Source: Eledone cirrhosa (Eukaryota). Taken from it: DNA of 64,000 nucleotides. The notes under the pieces are model-generated. The model was not told where the DNA came from. It did no database searches and was given only the letters and a program-made list of their open reading frames with translations. The translations under genes and the position numbers were made by a program. Numbering within the stretch: the stretch's first letter is position 1; every line of letters begins with the position of its first letter. Positions 25,084 to 38,717 of the stretch are shown here, one piece after another. The stretch covers positions 266,290,001 to 266,354,000 of the forward strand of contig OZ024743.1 in the NCBI GenBank assembly GCA_964016885.1. The letters run 5' to 3'.

Positions 25084-25253
25084 GGTTGTGAGTTCGATTC
25101 CTGGACCAGGTGATGCGTTATGTCCTTGGGCAAGACACTTTATTTCACGTTGCTCCTTCTACCTGGAGTTGCGACCGATAGATAGTATTAGCAATTGGAA
25201 AGACCAACGGAAACATTGTTCCCTCGGTCCGATTTGACGAAAGTCGATCGTTC

Positions 25254-25293
<40 letters not shown>

Positions 25294-25299
25294 TCACAC

Positions 25300-25334
<35 letters not shown>

Positions 25335-25398
25335 CGTGCGTATATGTGTGTATATCCATGATTCTAAACACGGACACCCACATCCACATATATATATA
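24958..25398. repeat. Inverted repeat (~100-bp arms) enclosing (TA)n and a 5'-truncated family 2 SINE
   Basis: GTGGGTGTCTATGTTTAGAATCATGGATATACACAC pairs with GTGTGTATATCCATGATTCTAAACACGGACACCCAC. Confidence 0.8.
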
Positions 25399-25404
25399 TG
25401 TATA

Positions 25405-26287
25405 TACGAGATGTGTCAGAAAGGTTCCAGGACTGATGTCACAAAAGATTTATTTCCAATCCAAACTTCACACTAAGAGTTTTCTCCTTGAAAGTAATCG
25501 CCCTGGAGTCTAATACAGTTTTCCATCATTTTCTGCCCCGCTTGCATGCACTCCTGGAAGGATTCTTCCGGGATCCTCCGCAGTTCCGTCGGCACGGCCT
25601 TTTTGATGTCGTCTTCGTCTTCAAAACGTATCCCCTCCGGGTCGTACTCGAGAATCCATGGCTCATCAACAGTGATGACCGTCCCTAGCACGTCTGGTTC
25701 GGTTTCAAGACGCTCGAGGATGTCCTGGCACACTTGCATGCGTCAACCCTTCTGGTGATCTTTCAGTAGTTTTGGCACCATCTTCCCGCAGACTTTCCGC
25801 ATATCCAAATCTTCAGTGAGAATCTTCCAGACGCTGTCCCGATTCATGCCCAGCTCATTTGCCATCAGTCGAACAGTCAGCCGATGATCGCTACGAACCA
25901 TCTGCCTGACGCGCTCAACGTTGACCTCAGTCCTGGTTGTTGAGGGCCTTCCGCTCCTGGGATCATCTTCAATGTCCTCGCGTCCTTCTTTAAAACTCTT
26001 GCACCACTCAAATACACGCAAGCGTGACATCGTCTCTTCTTCATACACTTGCTGCAGCGGAGTTTTCCCCAACCGTACCAGAAACTTCAAGCTTGTTCGT
26101 TGCTCAGTGCTCATTGCTTGACGACTTGAAACAGAGGACATGTATATAAAATTATGAAGAAAAAATTTTGATCGCTGCAGAGAGCTAAGATTACAGTTAC
26201 ATACTCCAGGGGGATTACTTTGAAGGAGAAAACTGTTAGTGTGAAGTTTTGGTTTGAAATAAATCTTTTGTGACATCAGTCCTGGAA

Positions 26288-26290
<3 letters not shown>
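25405..26290 (-). mobile_element. Internally deleted mariner DNA transposon
   Basis: ~90-bp TIRs (GTTCCAGGACTGATGTCACAAAAGATTTATTT / AAATAAATCTTTTGTGACATCAGTCCTGGAAC); transposase EQR..KF, W..FKEGREDIEDDPRSGRPST, KMVPKLL, ITVDEPWILEYDPE joined directly to GIRFED..GDYFQG. Confidence 0.9.
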
Positions 26291-26328
<38 letters not shown>

Positions 26329-26381
26329 ATGTCTGTCTGTATGCATGCATGCATATGAGTATATATGTGCGTGAGTACGTA

Positions 26382-26479
<98 letters not shown>

Positions 26480-28184
26480 TATATACTCATATATATGTAT
26501 GTATATATACACACATATATATGCATATGTATCCAATTGAATGTCGATGAAAATAAATAAATGAAATGATTTTGGAAACACCTCAAGGTGTTTGGTTCTA
26601 TAAATTATTAATAGAATCCCGTTGTAAAATAAGAATAAAATTATACAAAAAGAACAATAAAAGAAACAAACCTCAACAGGAAATACAACAGACAAAACAC
26701 GGTGAAAGATATTAAAATCATAATGTAATAATGGCAGGCATTCGTCGGTCTAAAGTCTTTGAAATTCTTTCGGACACAGCAAAATGTTATTAGAAGAAAC
26801 GAGAAGAGGAAAAAATATAAAACGGATTTAGTTGTAAAAAAGTTTATATTTTTCAAAAATTCTTCGGTTTAATGCCAAACAATTATTGAAACGATGCCAA
26901 AATAATATATTTCCATTTTGGGAATAAAAAGTTATAAAATCTTAAATATTAGAAATACAATATTCGTAATCATTTCCTCTATTATTTTCTTAAATTAAGT
27001 TTTCCCAAACTTTAAGAAAGTATAATGAAGTTTAAAATTAAATCTCAGCTTCATACAATGTGAATTATTCTTTGAAAATTAACGTATGCAAACTTATTGG
27101 AAAGCATTTCTTTCATTTTCTAATCTAATATATTAATTAATAAAGTAGTAACTTAACAGAATCATCAGGGATTCGCATAGAATATCTTGCGGTATTTTGT
27201 ACGGGGTCTCTGCATTGTGTGTTACTGTCATTTTCCTGTTGTCAATAAATTAACTAATGCAAAACTTGATTCTTCTCTCTTTTCTCTTTCTCATTCGCTT
27301 ACCATCTTTAATAATGCTAAATACTGGCTTTTCAAATGAGAGAACATTTTAAAATAAACACTGAAAGTATTCTCCTGCCTTCAAGATAGCTTTCGTTGCA
27401 AAAATTATTTCGTCTCATTCGATGTTTAGCTCCATGGTACATAGGGCTCAGCCGGAATTTCGGAGGTACAAAGTTCGAATCTCTGGCTACTTTTTCCGTC
27501 TATACAGTAATTGTTACCTTCTTTTCTAAAGCTGCTTTCATATTTGTTCTCCTATCTTCTAGGCCTTCTCTATTTCTAAAAATATTACAACTAAGTGACG
27601 CTTCAATGTTTATTTATTATTTTTGTCATAGTTAGAGAGGCAGAAACATTAAGTTGTCTTTGATCACTCCAAGTGTGATAAGTAGTGGTTAGTTGTCTTG
27701 CTTAGGTCTAGAATTTTCCTGATTCAGAACAAGAAATGCATTCTAGCTATTACCATTCTACGTGTTTTTAGTTCATGTAGGACTGTAATATATAACATAT
27801 CCTCTCCTTAGTCAGAAAAAACCTGTCCATCGATGCGTGTAGATATGTGTTTTAACAAAGACTTGGCTGCTTTTTTTAAACATTCCTGTGTCAGTGGTTT
27901 ACACATGCGTTTGGATTCTATTAAGTACACACATTTCATAAAAATATATTGTTGGTGGTGGTTGTGTTACGTTTTCTCTTGATGTTGTTTAGACCCAGGT
28001 CCCCCCTGGATTGATCGTCAAAATACTTTCAGCAGTAATCTTTACCTCCCACCCTCGGTTCATTATGTGAACAGGATCCACTGGGATGTCTTCTATTTTC
28101 AACATTTGGGTTTAATTTTAAAGAGAACAAAAGAAAAGTAGTTACATACTTCTGAAATACAGACCTATAAAATGCACACTTAAT

Positions 28185-28710
28185 GCGCAGGCCGGTTCCC
28201 CCGACACGCCGCTGTCATTAACATACTGAGAAGGAGCCTGGACGCAGCTGACTATCCATCTCAACTGGAGCCAGCAGGCCTAGACCGCAGAGACGGCAAT
28301 CGCCCCGACGGAATCTCCCTCTTCTCATTCGAAAGAGGTAGATCTATCATCGAGGAAGTCACATACTGCTACACGTTCTCCGTCCCCACTTAGTCGCTTC
28401 GGCCACAAACCCCGTCATTACAGCCCGTCTCGCAGAGGAACGTAAAATAAACAAATACCAGGTCGGCCGTCCGCTTACTTTTCGCACCAGTCATCCTCGA
28501 GATCTCAGACGTGCTTGGACCCCGTGCTGCCGAGCTCCGCGAAACATCGGTGGCTCATCTGATGAGGGATCCCCGCGTAGTTGGATGGCTATTGCAACGC
28601 GTGTCACTGCCTATTGTCCGCAAGAATGCTTTTGGAGTCTTGTCCGCGGGGCTCCCATGTTCTAAACCCAAAGCCCAATCACCCTCCTCTTTCACCCTCG
28701 CCTCTATTCT
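28185..28710 (+). pseudogene. CRE-like non-LTR element, 3' RLE fragment
   Basis: RHAAVINILRRSL..LEPAGLDRRDGNRPDG..AEERKINKY..LLQRVSLPIVRKNA. Confidence 0.75.
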
Positions 28711-30339
28711 GTGACACCAGAAGCCTTGCAATCCCTTCCCCTTCCGTTTTTTCTTTCTTTTTCTCTTTCTCCGATTCTTCTTTTTTTTTGTTTCCTTTTA
28801 TTTTTATTTTTGTTGTTATTATTGTTGTCATTAGTATTATTGTTATTACTGTGAATAAAAGTCACCTTTATATATATATGTATATGTATGGACTTTATAT
28901 ACATATATATATATCTTTATTATATGGAAAAGATCTCAACATAAATGCAGGCTACCTAATATTTCAATCTTCAACCAGCATATGATATAGAAAAACCTGT
29001 CTGCTCCGAATGCCTTATGCTGGTTGAATTTATTTATATAATATATTTTGGTCCTATACCTTATATACATCGGTTTTTTACCTTGATTTATTCTTCGGAA
29101 ACACTTGACGCTACACACACACGCACGCACACACACACACACACGCACACACACACACACACACGCACACACACGCACGCACACACACATACACACACAC
29201 ACATATGTATAATTATATATATATGTATATATATAATATAAGATCAAAAGATGTTTAAAAGAGTTCCAAGTATTTTATTATGCGCATTGTAAAAACAAAT
29301 ATCATCATGGGATGATATCTGCGTTCTCATCAAATACAATAGGGAGACCTGATATGAAGCTTAAAAAGCACTTGTGTATAGTGAAGTTTTAAATCAACAT
29401 ATGAAAAATAAATTAAGATTGATGTATGAGATTGGGAAGAAGTGAAGGGGAGTTGGAAAAGGTAAGGAAGAGGAAGAAATAAGAGTAAAGAATGGTGGGG
29501 GAGGAGTATAAGAAGGAAGGATGAGAGAGGAGGAGAGATGGGTGATAGAGAGAGAGAGAGATAGCCTTTACAACTGAGAAACAAATATTGTCTCACAGAG
29601 AGAAATTAAAAAGCCGCTGGAAGATAATAGATAATTTAAAAGATTTTGGAATTAAATGTTAACGAGGTTTATACATGAATAAAAAGGAATTAAGAATAGT
29701 ATTAAATTAAGGTTTGTATATTGAAGGGTTTAATAATATGTGCGAAGAAAATAATTTATTAATATGTATTATTAAAATAAAAATATTAATGATATTAAAG
29801 ATATAATGTGAAAAGAAGGAGAAGAATGAATGAGTTATGAATTTAGAGGAATTAGTTAGGGTTTAAGTTTGTTTTTATCTATTGTAATATGTAAAAGTCA
29901 AATTAAGTAGTAGGTTTAAAACGAGCATGAAAGGATGGAAGGGATATGAAAAATTTAAGGAAGAAAAAATCTAACGTCAAAAGTTTATATGTTTACGAAG
30001 GACTTCTAATGGTAATATTATAATGTATTAAAAAATAATTTTTATGGTCAATGATATGAGGAAAGATGGAAGAATGGATAATGTTGTGTTGAGCAATAAT
30101 ATGAATTGAGAAGTAGTTGGGAAGAAAAAGTACAGATTAAAGGTTAGAAATTAAAAAAGGGAAGAAAGGAAAATGTAAAGAGGAATAATATAGAATGAGT
30201 TAATTGTATTATTTAATATATAATACTGAAATAAGGTAGAAAGATGGGTATATTTGTAAAAGATATATAAACCTTTGAGAAAAAGGATTTTAAACTAGTA
30301 AGGCATTGAGATATTAGCTGTATACTTTATGGAATGTTC

Positions 30340-32240
30340 TATGGAATTTATGCAAGCAGAGAGAAAATAAATCTGTGCGTCTATTTATTATAGAATTGAA
30401 ATTCGATATAATGGTAAATTTCTCGGCTAGGCAGAGATTACATGTTCTGGAAAGGGAAGAATTTTAGGTAAGGAAAGTCGGAACAAACCTTCCTCCAAGA
30501 GATGTTATAGTTAATATGTTTGTCTTTCAAGGACCATATGAGTTCCGAGAGTGCCGTGTTAGTTTTTTTAAGTTGGTATTTAAAATACGAATTGTGATTA
30601 TAAAATCTAGCTTTGAAGGAAGTGGAAGTGGAACCGAAATAGGTAAAAGAATTGGTATCAATTATAACCTTACATTCATAGACTAAGTTTTTATCAAGAC
30701 AATGGTTATTAAGAGGACATTTAGTTTTAATAGGACAATTACAATTACGATTCGAGAAATTAATAGAGTTATTAACAAGTGACCTAGTGTTATTTATAGA
30801 AGGAATTGGATTTGAGAAGTTATTTACGATAGGATCAATAGTTTCCTGATTCAGATTGGTATTATGAACATTCAACGAAGTTACGTTTGACGTCGTATTT
30901 AAATTTACAGAATCTAGCCTAGAGTTAACAATGACGACGGGTGTACTACCGCTATTATTATGACGCTCAGTGTTGGAAGGATGTGATTTATTATTTAATA
31001 TTTTATTGTTGTGTTTAGAGATAATGCTAGAGATGTTGGAAGTGGTGGAATAAGAAAATGTTATTGTATGTTTGTTAAAGATTTTACTATAGATATGTGA
31101 TGGAGGGAAGCATTTATCTAAGGCCCTAAAGAATAGTTTAGGAACATTATTATTAATAGATTGGATTGGCAGTATCGGTAGAGGGTCGGACGCCATGCTT
31201 TCCAGCATAGTTACGTCCCTTTACGATCTGAGTTCAAATCCCGCCGAGGTTGACTTTGCCTTTCATCCTTACGGGGTCGATAAAATAAAGTACCAGTAAT
31301 GCACTGGATAATTGCTGGCCTTGTGCCTAAAGTAGAAACAATTATTAATAGATATAGAAAAAGGAGCATTATACCAGATTATATTTTTGTATTTACGTCT
31401 TTTATTTAAGTTATTGGAATGTTCATAATTAATTATTTTAATGTAACACCTTCTAGGATTGGTTTCTTTACTGTATTTAATTTTATCAGGATAACCGGCT
31501 TTAGAAAGCGCATTATTATAGTAATTGGCATTAACATCGAAGATATCTTTATTAGAGGATAGGTTTGAGATTCTTTTTTCAATATTACTGACTATAGCAT
31601 TTTTAATGTTAGTGGGGTGGGTAGATTTAAAATTAACATAATTTAGATTCTCATTGTTTTTATGGTAAGGGTAATATAGGCCAGTGTCAAGATTAAGGGA
31701 TATATCCAAGAAGTTAGCTAGTTTGACGTTGTTATCAAATTCAATTTTAAGGTTATGGTGCTTAAAGAGATCACGTATATTGTTCTTAATTATATTAAGG
31801 TTAAATAAGTTGCAGTTTAAGATAGTAAAAAGTCCATCGTCACGATAAATTCCACCGCGAAGTTGAGGAATTTTCAGATTTATAGAATTCAAAATAAAAA
31901 TACCAATCAAATCAGTCAAATGCGATGAATCGGAAGTACCCATTGCGATATCAAAGTTGTTGGAAGTATCGGCTCCAGTCCAGTATTCATTGTTGAATTC
32001 TAAGATAGTTTTTCTTGCGGTGAGAATGATGTAAAGTTCATCTGTGGCGATGTCAGAATATTTAAATGTTGAGAAGTGAAGGCGAAATAGAAGAATAGTA
32101 GCTGGCAATATCAAATTGAATAAATTTTTGTTTGTTTTTCATATTCAGGTTGTTGAACCAGCCAATTACTTCAGATGTACCAAACCATAAATTTAAGTTA
32201 GAAATCGAGCAATTAGAACGAACCTGTGTGATAATTCTAA
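30340..32240 (-). pseudogene. Penelope-like RT with C-terminal GIY-YIG endonuclease, interrupted by a SINE
   Basis: IAMGTSDS, GGIYRDDGL, NFLDISLNL, YVNFKSTHP, IIWYNAPFS; CNCPIKTKCPLNNHC, LVYECKV..YFGSTSTSFKARFYNH, TALSELIWSLK. Confidence 0.88.
31162..31340 (+). mobile_element. SINE family 1 inserted in the Penelope ORF
   Basis: Flanked by 13-bp duplication ATTATTAATAGAT. Confidence 0.92.
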
Positions 32241-32873
32241 CAACACACAGATGTTTTCACATTATATCCTTAATATCATTAATATTTTTATTTTAATAAT
32301 ACATATTAATAAATTATTTTCTTCGCACATATTATTAAACCCGTCAATATACAAACCTTAATTTAATACTATTCTTAATTCCTTTTTCTTCATGCATAAA
32401 CCTCATTAACTTTTAATTTCAAAATCTTTTAAATTATCTATTATCTTGTAACGGCTTTTTAATTTCTCTCTGTGAGACAATATTTATTTCTCAGTTGTTA
32501 AGGTTATCTCTCTCTATATATATCTCCCATCTCTCCTCCTCTCTCATCCTTCCTTCTTATACTCCTACCCCACCATCCTTTACTCTTATTTGTTCCTCTT
32601 CCTTACCTTTTCCACCCCCTTACTTTTTCCCAATCTCCAGCATTAATCTTAATTTATTTTCCATATGTGGATTTAAAACTTCACTATACACAAGTGCTTT
32701 TTAAGCTTCATATCAGGTCTCCCTATTTTATCTGATGAGAACGCAGATATCATGCCATGATGATATTTGTTTTTACAATGCGCATAATAAAATACTTGGA
32801 ACTCTTTTAAACATCTTTTGATCTTATATTATATATATACATATATATATAATTATACATATGTGTGTGTGTA

Positions 32874-32914
<41 letters not shown>

Positions 32915-33195
32915 GTGTGTGTGTGTGCGTGCGTGTGTGTGTAGCGTCAAGTGTTTCCGAAGAATAAATCAAGGTAAAAAAACCGATCTATATAAGGTAT
33001 AGGACCAAATATATATTATATAAATAAATTCGCAGCAAACTTCATCCCATGATGATATTTGTTTTTTAAATGCACATAATAAAATACTTGGAACTCTTTT
33101 AACCATCTTTTGATCTTATCTACAAACTGTAGAGTGCCACTTATCCGATGTTTGCGTTGCTTTACTGTGCTACAATAAAACTCACCTCCTACAGT

Positions 33196-33284
<89 letters not shown>

Positions 33285-33304
33285 CTGTAGGGGGTGAGTT
33301 TTAA

Positions 33305-34876
33305 ATCCAACCGTGACCATCGCCACTGAAAGTGTTCGTGAAATAGTCTTTTCAAAACTATACAGACCATTTCAAGTTGTCCCTAATTGAAGGTTGAGTA
33401 CTTTATCCTTTGGTTTATCATGAGATAATGCCCTATTGATTTTTCCATGGATTTCTCTAAATTCTGTTGGATAAATCTATATCCTGATTCCTTTTGAATT
33501 GAGTCTGAATTATTTTTCCCATATCTTATGTTAACTATTTTGCCATGTTGACGCTATAGTCACTTACATGTTATGGAATACTGTTAGCTTCTCGTTACAA
33601 CAATTTCTATACTTTTCATTTATATATATATACTCGGATTTATTTCCTAGAGTGCTTAAATTATTTGTGACTAATCCCGGTATTTAAAAAAAAAAAAGAC
33701 CGCGATGAAATTGCTTTTTGCTGAACTCCTTTTGTAGAGTTTTCTTTCGGAATGTTTTTGACTGTTGTTTCATGTAAATAAACATTTGTCTCATTCTGAC
33801 GTCACCAGCCCTGTTTTTCCACATGTGCGTTTATTTTAATAATCACGCATGATGTTAAACTAGCCTGCTTTTAAATTCCCTTTTTGGCATATTACCACTG
33901 AGACCTTGGTTACCATGTTGAGCTCTGCTGATGAATGAAATCCAATCGTGACCATCCCCACTGAAAGTTTTTGTGAAATAGTCTTTTCAAGACTATACAG
34001 CATTTGAAGTTGTCCCAAATTGAAGGTTGAGTACTTTAGCCTTTGTTTTATCATGAGTTAAGGCTCTATTGATTTTTCCCTGGATTTCTCTAAATTCTGT
34101 TGGATAAATCTATATCCTGATACCTTTTGAATTGAGTCTGAATTATTTTTCCCATATCTTATGTTAACTATTTTCCCATTTTGACGCTATTGTCACTTAC
34201 ATGTTATGGAATACTGTTAGCTTCTCGCTACAACAATTTCTATACTTTTCATTTATATATATATACTCGGATTTATTTCCTAGAGTGCTTAAATTATTTG
34301 TGACTAATCCCGGTATTTAAAAAAAAAAAAACCGCGATGAAATTGCTTTTTGCTGAACTCCTTTTGTAGAATTTTCTTTCGGAATGTTTTTGACTGTTGT
34401 TTCATGTAAATAAACATTTGTCTCATTCTGACGTCACCAGCCCTGTTTTTCCACATGTGCGTTCATTTTAATAATCACGCATGATGTTAAACTTTTAAAT
34501 TCCCTTTTTGCCATATTACCACTGAGACCTTGGTTACCATGTTGAGCTCTGCTGATGAACGAAATCCAACCGTGACCATCCCCACTGAAAGTTTTCGTGA
34601 AATAGTCTTTTCAAGACTATACAAAGCATTTGAATTTGTCCCAAATTGAAGATTGAGTACTTTAGACTTTGTTTTATCATGAGTTAAGGCTCTATTGATT
34701 TTTCCCTGGATTTCTCTAAATTCTGTTGGATAAATCTATATCCTGATTCCTTTTGAATTGACTCTGAATTATTTTTCCCATATCTTATGTTAACTATTTT
34801 GCCATTTTGACGCTATAGTCACTTATATGTTATGGAATACTGTTAGCTTCTCGCTACAACAATTTCTATACTTTTC

Positions 34877-34880
<4 letters not shown>
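33305..34880. repeat. ~630-bp tandem repeat, 2.5 copies
   Basis: TCCAA(C/T)CGTGACCATC at ~33306, ~33940 and ~34565; each unit contains a short (TA)n and the last runs into a long (TA)n. Confidence 0.9.
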
Positions 34881-34943
<63 letters not shown>

Positions 34944-34948
<5 letters not shown>

Positions 34949-35233
34949 ATATTAAATAAATGGAAACTATATTTATAAAACCGTATTTATTCTATTATAT
35001 ATATTTTAAGGGTATCAAAACTTTCGTATGCTTTCATGAGATAAAATACAAAGTTTGTTTTATAGATTTTGACATAACCGTTAAGGTATCTTTTCTTGAT
35101 TATGTCAAAATTTATGAAACAAACTTTGTATTTTATCTGATGAAAGCGTACCAAAGTTTTAGTACCCTTGAAATATATATAATAGAATAAATATTGTTTC
35201 ATAAATATATTTTCTATTTATTTAATATCATTG
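34944..35233. repeat. ~290-bp imperfect palindrome next to (TA)n
   Basis: CAATGATATTAAATAAA pairs with TTATTTAATATCATTG; centre near 35087. Confidence 0.88.
35129..35189 (+). ncRNA. Minimal type I hammerhead ribozyme motif
   Basis: Stem I TATTTTAT/ATAGAATA, CTGATGA, stem II AAG.GTAC/GTAC.CTT, GAAA, palindromic TATATA then TA. Confidence 0.75.
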
Positions 35234-35347
35234 ATATTATACTGCAGAAAACCTGTCGATGGCTCTGAATCAGTTATAAACATTTATAATTGTTGAATTA
35301 CCCGCAAATTGAATATCCCTCTTGCTTATAAATATATATATATATAA

Positions 35348-35380
<33 letters not shown>

Positions 35381-35434
35381 ATTATACACATATTTATGTA
35401 TTTATATATAAATTTACATATATACAATTATGTT

Positions 35435-35470
<36 letters not shown>

Positions 35471-36220
35471 AACAAAAATGTATATTTGAATATTTATATA
35501 TAAATACATAAATATGTGTATAATTGTATATATATATATGTATATATATATACACATATACATGTATGTGTGCGTGTGTTACAGTTCTATAAATTTATCT
35601 ATGAGTGTGTGCTGTGTTTATATGATATATATATATATATAACCATACACATATGTATGGATGTGTGTATTTATCCATGACGATATATGATTTATTGCAC
35701 AACAAATAAATACTATTTACCTCATGTTTATTTTATTTCAGAAATATAATCTCAATAAATGTTTCCAAGCAACAAAAACATAATTTTATTAAAATTCTCA
35801 CCATGTATATATTCATATTCTACTGGTGTAATTGTTAATACACAACTTCGATCACTTCGTGTTCATATAAGTTTATGTTAATTAATTTCATATGTTTTAC
35901 AAACAGGCAAATGTCTACTATAATATAGTCGGCATGACATTATGGAGAGTAAAGTTTGTTTTTGTCGGTTAGAACCTGCACTGAAATAACCTAGTGAAGA
36001 GCTACACGGCGAAGGCGACTCTACGGAGCACGTTGTAACTATGTTATCATACCGAGAAGCTTTTTACCGCATATGTTTAAGAACTTAACGGTGAATAAAG
36101 CAACGACAAAACAAGGTGATATCTCACTAATCTTTAAACATACTGATCAGCAGACCATGCCGCGTTACCGGTAGTTGTACTCTAATCAATTATTTAAAAT
36201 CAAATATCATTAAGTCATAA

Positions 36221-36430
36221 TTGTTTCTACTTTAGGCACAAAGCTAGCAATTTTTTTAAGGATAGGTGAAAGTCGATTAAATCGACCTCAGTGCATTACT
36301 GATGCTTTATTTTATCGACCCCGTAGGGATTAAAGGCAAAGTTAACCCCGGAAGTATTTCAACTCAGAGGGTATAACTCTGTGCTGCAAAGAATGGCATC
36401 GGACCCTCTACCGATACTGCCAATCTACCA
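36221..36430 (-). mobile_element. SINE family 1, diverged
   Basis: Reverse complement of the head, core and tail. Confidence 0.8.
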
Positions 36431-37098
36431 GACTTACTAGCGTTGAGTCATAATAATATGAATGACACTTAAATACAGTGAAATCATATAAATCTCAAGG
36501 TATTTAGAATTCGAACTAGAGGTGTGTTATTTGTACCTAGCTTTATATGCATCTACTGATATATGTGTATAGTATGTGTAGACAATGTGAATGAGACATT
36601 TATCCACGCAAACAGGTGATTGCAACACTTATTCAATATGCAATACACAATACACATAATTTAAGAGGGGAGTAGGATGCACAGAGATTCTATTATTTTA
36701 TTTGTCAAATAATTTGAAATGTTTGCAAACATATATTAATACATTTATGAAAATCCGGCCATCACCAGATGACTGCTGATACTATATAAAGGAAATATGT
36801 GCTGTCTTATCTGGTAGCAAGTCTACACCTACATATTGTTTTGTTTTTAGAGCTATAACGCTCATCAGACGTGGGATGAGGATGAAAATCCTCGGTTATG
36901 GAAAAATGGACACTCTTATGCCCAATTGGTTGAAACAGTTTTACGTCGACCAAAATCTGTACAATATTATTTCCGGCTTGGATAAATATAAAGTAGCAAT
37001 CAAGTGTTGTGACCAAACGTACTGCTTTTCCCTATTTCTCTAACTATATCTAACTCTCTCTTTCACTCTCATATACTATCTATCACTCATTATCTATC

Positions 37099-37405
37099 CA
37101 AATCCCGCCGAGGTTGACTTAGCCTTTCACCCTTACGGGGTCGATAAAATAAAGTACCAGTAATGCATTGGGTAATTGCTGGCCTTGTGGATAAAGTAGA
37201 AACAATTATCTATCCAAGGCGGTGGATTGGCAGTATCGGTAGAGGGTCAGACGCCATGCTTTGACGCAAAGAGTTATGGCGCTTTCCATTCTGAGTTCAA
37301 ATCCCGCCAAGGTTAACGTTGCCTTTCATCCATACGGGGTCGATAAAATAATGTACCAGTAATACACTGGTTAATTTGTTGGCCTTGTGCCAAAAGTAGA
37401 AACAA
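37099..37405 (+). mobile_element. Two tandem SINE family 1 copies (first 5'-truncated 37099-37205, second 37218-37405)
   Basis: Core repeated twice; TTATCTATCCAA precedes both copies. Confidence 0.85.
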
Positions 37406-37650
37406 TGTTATCTATCTATCCATCTATAAAATATACATCCATGAGGCATTGTGGTGCCAAGTGAAGTCATATGTAAAAAAAATATAGGTCTGGTCATATA
37501 CGTAGTGTCGGGGATGTGGTAAGTAGACTTCTAAGTCTTTACACTGCTTTAAATCATTTAGATGGACGCAAGGAGGATTGACTATACTCTTTCAACTATT
37601 ATTCTCTAATTTGAAGCCATCATCAATCATCAATACAACTCACACACGAA

Positions 37651-37653
<3 letters not shown>

Positions 37654-37730
<77 letters not shown>

Positions 37731-37732
37731 AA

Positions 37733-37783
<51 letters not shown>

Positions 37784-37804
37784 ACCCACACACACACACA
37801 CACA
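37654..37804. repeat. (CA)n microsatellite
   Basis: Direct reading. Confidence 0.96.
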
Positions 37805-37889
37805 TATATTTATATATATATTTATATATGTAGATTCCTAGTGCATGTTAAAATGTAACATTTGCATAGTTATCAGTAACATGCCAAGG

Positions 37890-38165
37890 ATGTCTCCCTC
37901 CTATTTCGGCTTGGCCACAGGTTGACTCCACTAGTGCCTTGCACACTTTTCCTGACTTCCTTTTCTAACCCATTTTCTTAATTTACTTTCCTAACCCTCA
38001 CACATACTCATACATCTACCTGTTCACTCCCTATCCGAACCCTCCTGATGAAGGACTTCTGTCGGAAACGTTGAAACTTACTCTACGTCCCCCCAAGCAT
38101 GAACCTAATATAAATGTGCATTTTTGCATTCCTGTGTTAGTTTTTCTTTTTTCGTTTAGTAACTA
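37890..38165 (+). mobile_element. Penelope-like 3' end remnant with degenerate hammerhead motif
   Basis: Pyrimidine-rich tract followed by CTGATGAAGGACTTCTGTCGGAAACGTT at 38045-38072. Confidence 0.5.
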
Positions 38166-38225
38166 TATAAATATACATATATACATACATACATACATAC
38201 ATACATACATACATACATACATACA

Positions 38226-38258
<33 letters not shown>

Positions 38259-38717
38259 GATGTCTGCCCCCTTGTTATCGAGTATGGCCATTGTACGAGA
38301 AAAAAAAAAAAAATAATAATAATAATAACAATAATAATAATAATAAATAAATAAAAAGAAAATAAACATAAAAAAAAACAAGATATATATATATATATAT
38401 ATATATGCATACACACACTCACATACACACATACATTAATAACAATAATAATAATAATGATTTCATTTATTGGCCACAAGGGCCGACATATAGGGGACAA
38501 CACAATAGACAGGGACAGTGGGGGTTTACATAGAGATCGAGTAAGTATAAATAACAAAAAAACAAAAACAAAATAACAATAAAAATACAACAATGAAAGT
38601 TCCCCAATAAGAGGGATCACCACCCAGGGTTGACTCAAGCACCCCACCAGTCCTGAGCCACCCGACGCTCCTAGGGCACCCGGGAAGGGCACCCCTCTCC
38701 TTCTCGAATTCACCAGC

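Larger units (their letters stand above)
29026..33031 (-). mobile_element. Penelope-like element, 5'-truncated, with ~790-bp inverted terminal repeats (29026-29814 / 32254-33031)
   Basis: RT and GIY-YIG reading frames on the minus strand; the arms are reverse complements and carry hammerhead-like motifs. Confidence 0.88.

Noticed and set aside
26580-27950. Possible ancient retroelement coding remnant
   Set aside because: No motif could be read with confidence; a translated HMM search is needed.
33925-33945. CTGATGAATGAAA (and CTGATGAACGAAA at ~34552) as hammerhead cores
   Set aside because: There is no room for stem II and no matching stem I.
35985-36050. Decayed hammerhead (GTGAAGAGC..GCGAAG with ATAACCTAG/CTATGTTAT)
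   Set aside because: Two core positions are wrong; it may be a relic but is not supportable. The CTGATGAGC on the minus strand near 36865 similarly lacks GAAA.
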